A DNA stretch of 64,000 nt, from positions 9,000 through 72,999 of the forward strand of contig JAKJDL010000007.1 in assembly GCA_022705945.1 (NCBI GenBank), in the 5' to 3' direction. Shown here in pieces: positions 63,412-64,000 of this stretch (position 1 is its first letter; every line of letters starts with the position of its first letter). Position numbers and translations under genes: made by a program. Source of the DNA: Candidatus Omnitrophota bacterium. GTDB lineage: Bacteria; Omnitrophota; Omnitrophia; Omnitrophales; Aquincolibacteriaceae. Under the pieces are notes generated by a model. The model saw only the letters and a list, made by a program, of their open reading frames with translations, did no database searches and was not told the DNA's origin.

Positions 63412-63509
63412 ACCGAAGCTCTTTCAACTTGGTCCCCTTCTGTCTGTTCTGAACCCTTGTAATGTTTCGGCAGATAAGGGTAGCGTCTGAAGGAGGAAAA
63501 TAGAGTGAA

Positions 63510-64000
63510 TTACTCTTCGAAGGCCTTGAATGCGATGCATGCATTATGGCCTCCGAAACCCAGGGAATTGGAAATCGCGACGCGAACCTTGCATTTCTCC
63601 GCTTGATTCGGAGTATAGTTCAGGTCGCAGTCAGGGTCCGGATTCTTGTAATTGATGGTCGGCGGAATGATTTGATCGCGGATCGAAAGCACGCACGCAA
63701 CCGCTTCCACAGCGCCCGCGGCGCCCAGCAAATGCCCGGTCATGGATTTTGTCGAGCTGATCCTCGTCTTATAGGCGTGGTCGCCCAGGGCTTTTTTGAT
63801 CGCGATCGTTTCGACCTTGTCGTTTAAACTGGTCGATGTTCCGTGGGCGTTGATATAATCAACATCCGTGACTTTGAGGCCCGCATCTTTTAAAGCAAGC
63901 GTCATGCAACGTGCCGCGCCTTCTCCCGAAGGATCGGGAGCCGTGATATGGTTGGCGTCCGAGGTCATGCCATAGCCGACAAATTCCGCCAGGATTTTCG
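63510..64000 (-). CDS. fabF: 3-oxoacyl-[ACP] synthase II (C-terminal part; gene continues beyond the window end)
   Basis: [27 protein letters not shown] active-site motifs; 5' part lies outside the window. Confidence 0.85.
   Translation of the reverse strand, partial: KILAEFVGYGMTSDANHITAPDPSGEGAARCMTLALKDAGLKVTDVDYINAHGTSTSLNDKVETIAIKKALGDHAYKTRISSTKSMTGHLLGAAGAVEAVACVLSIRDQIIPPTINYKNPDPDCDLNYTPNQAEKCKVRVAISNSLGFGGHNACIAFKAFEE

Overview
This is a high-GC bacterial chromosomal segment in which every feature I can support lies on the minus strand: about 57 protein genes plus 4 tRNAs, packed tightly with many ATGA-type start/stop overlaps. The content is almost entirely core housekeeping. From high to low coordinates it runs fabF(partial)-smc-pgsA-plsY | recA-recX-alaS-hisD-hisB-hisH-hisA-(membrane ORF)-hisF-(unknown ORF)-ABC-F(YbiT-like) | DJ-1/PfpI, a Cys-rich mini-protein, a Lys-rich secreted repeat protein, an SDR, a SpoU methyltransferase, acylphosphatase, a metallophosphoesterase | ligA-(secreted nuclease)-xerC/D-like-(small ORF)-tRNA-Glu | purB-purC-purF-purM-purD-purE-(tsaC::LMW-PTP fusion)-rpiB-glyA-nrdR | SWIB-domain protein | two coiled-coil envelope proteins-aroA-mreB-mreC-mreD-mrdA-rodA-tRNA-Pro | maf-(polysaccharide deacetylase)-prmA | lpd-tRNA-Arg | PBP5-like carboxypeptidase-(glucoamylase-like lipoprotein)-pgeF-efp-tRNA-Val-(FecR-like)-hisI-trpE-trpG-trpD-trpC-trpF-(PAS histidine kinase)-(sigma-54 response regulator) | dnaK. 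I found no CRISPR array, mobile element or classical defence island. The most unusual items are (i) a translationally coupled nine-gene chain hisI-trpEGDCF-HK-RR that ends in an NtrB/NtrC-like sigma-54 two-component system where trpBA would be expected; (ii) a sigma-54-like -24/-12 element plus a terminator/operator-like hairpin directly in front of dnaK; (iii) a TsaC(YrdC)-LMW-phosphatase fusion inside the conserved tsaC-ywlE-rpiB-glyA neighbourhood; (iv) two uncharacterised ORFs embedded in a his cluster that lacks hisG/E/C; (v) a stand-alone SWIB/MDM2-domain protein; (vi) a consensus sigma-70 promoter with a palindrome in an AT-rich island upstream of recA. Long plus-strand ORFs antisense to rodA, glyA, xerD and alaS are treated as artefacts of high GC. 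All calls rest on reading the translated ORFs and the raw sequence; I could run no database search.
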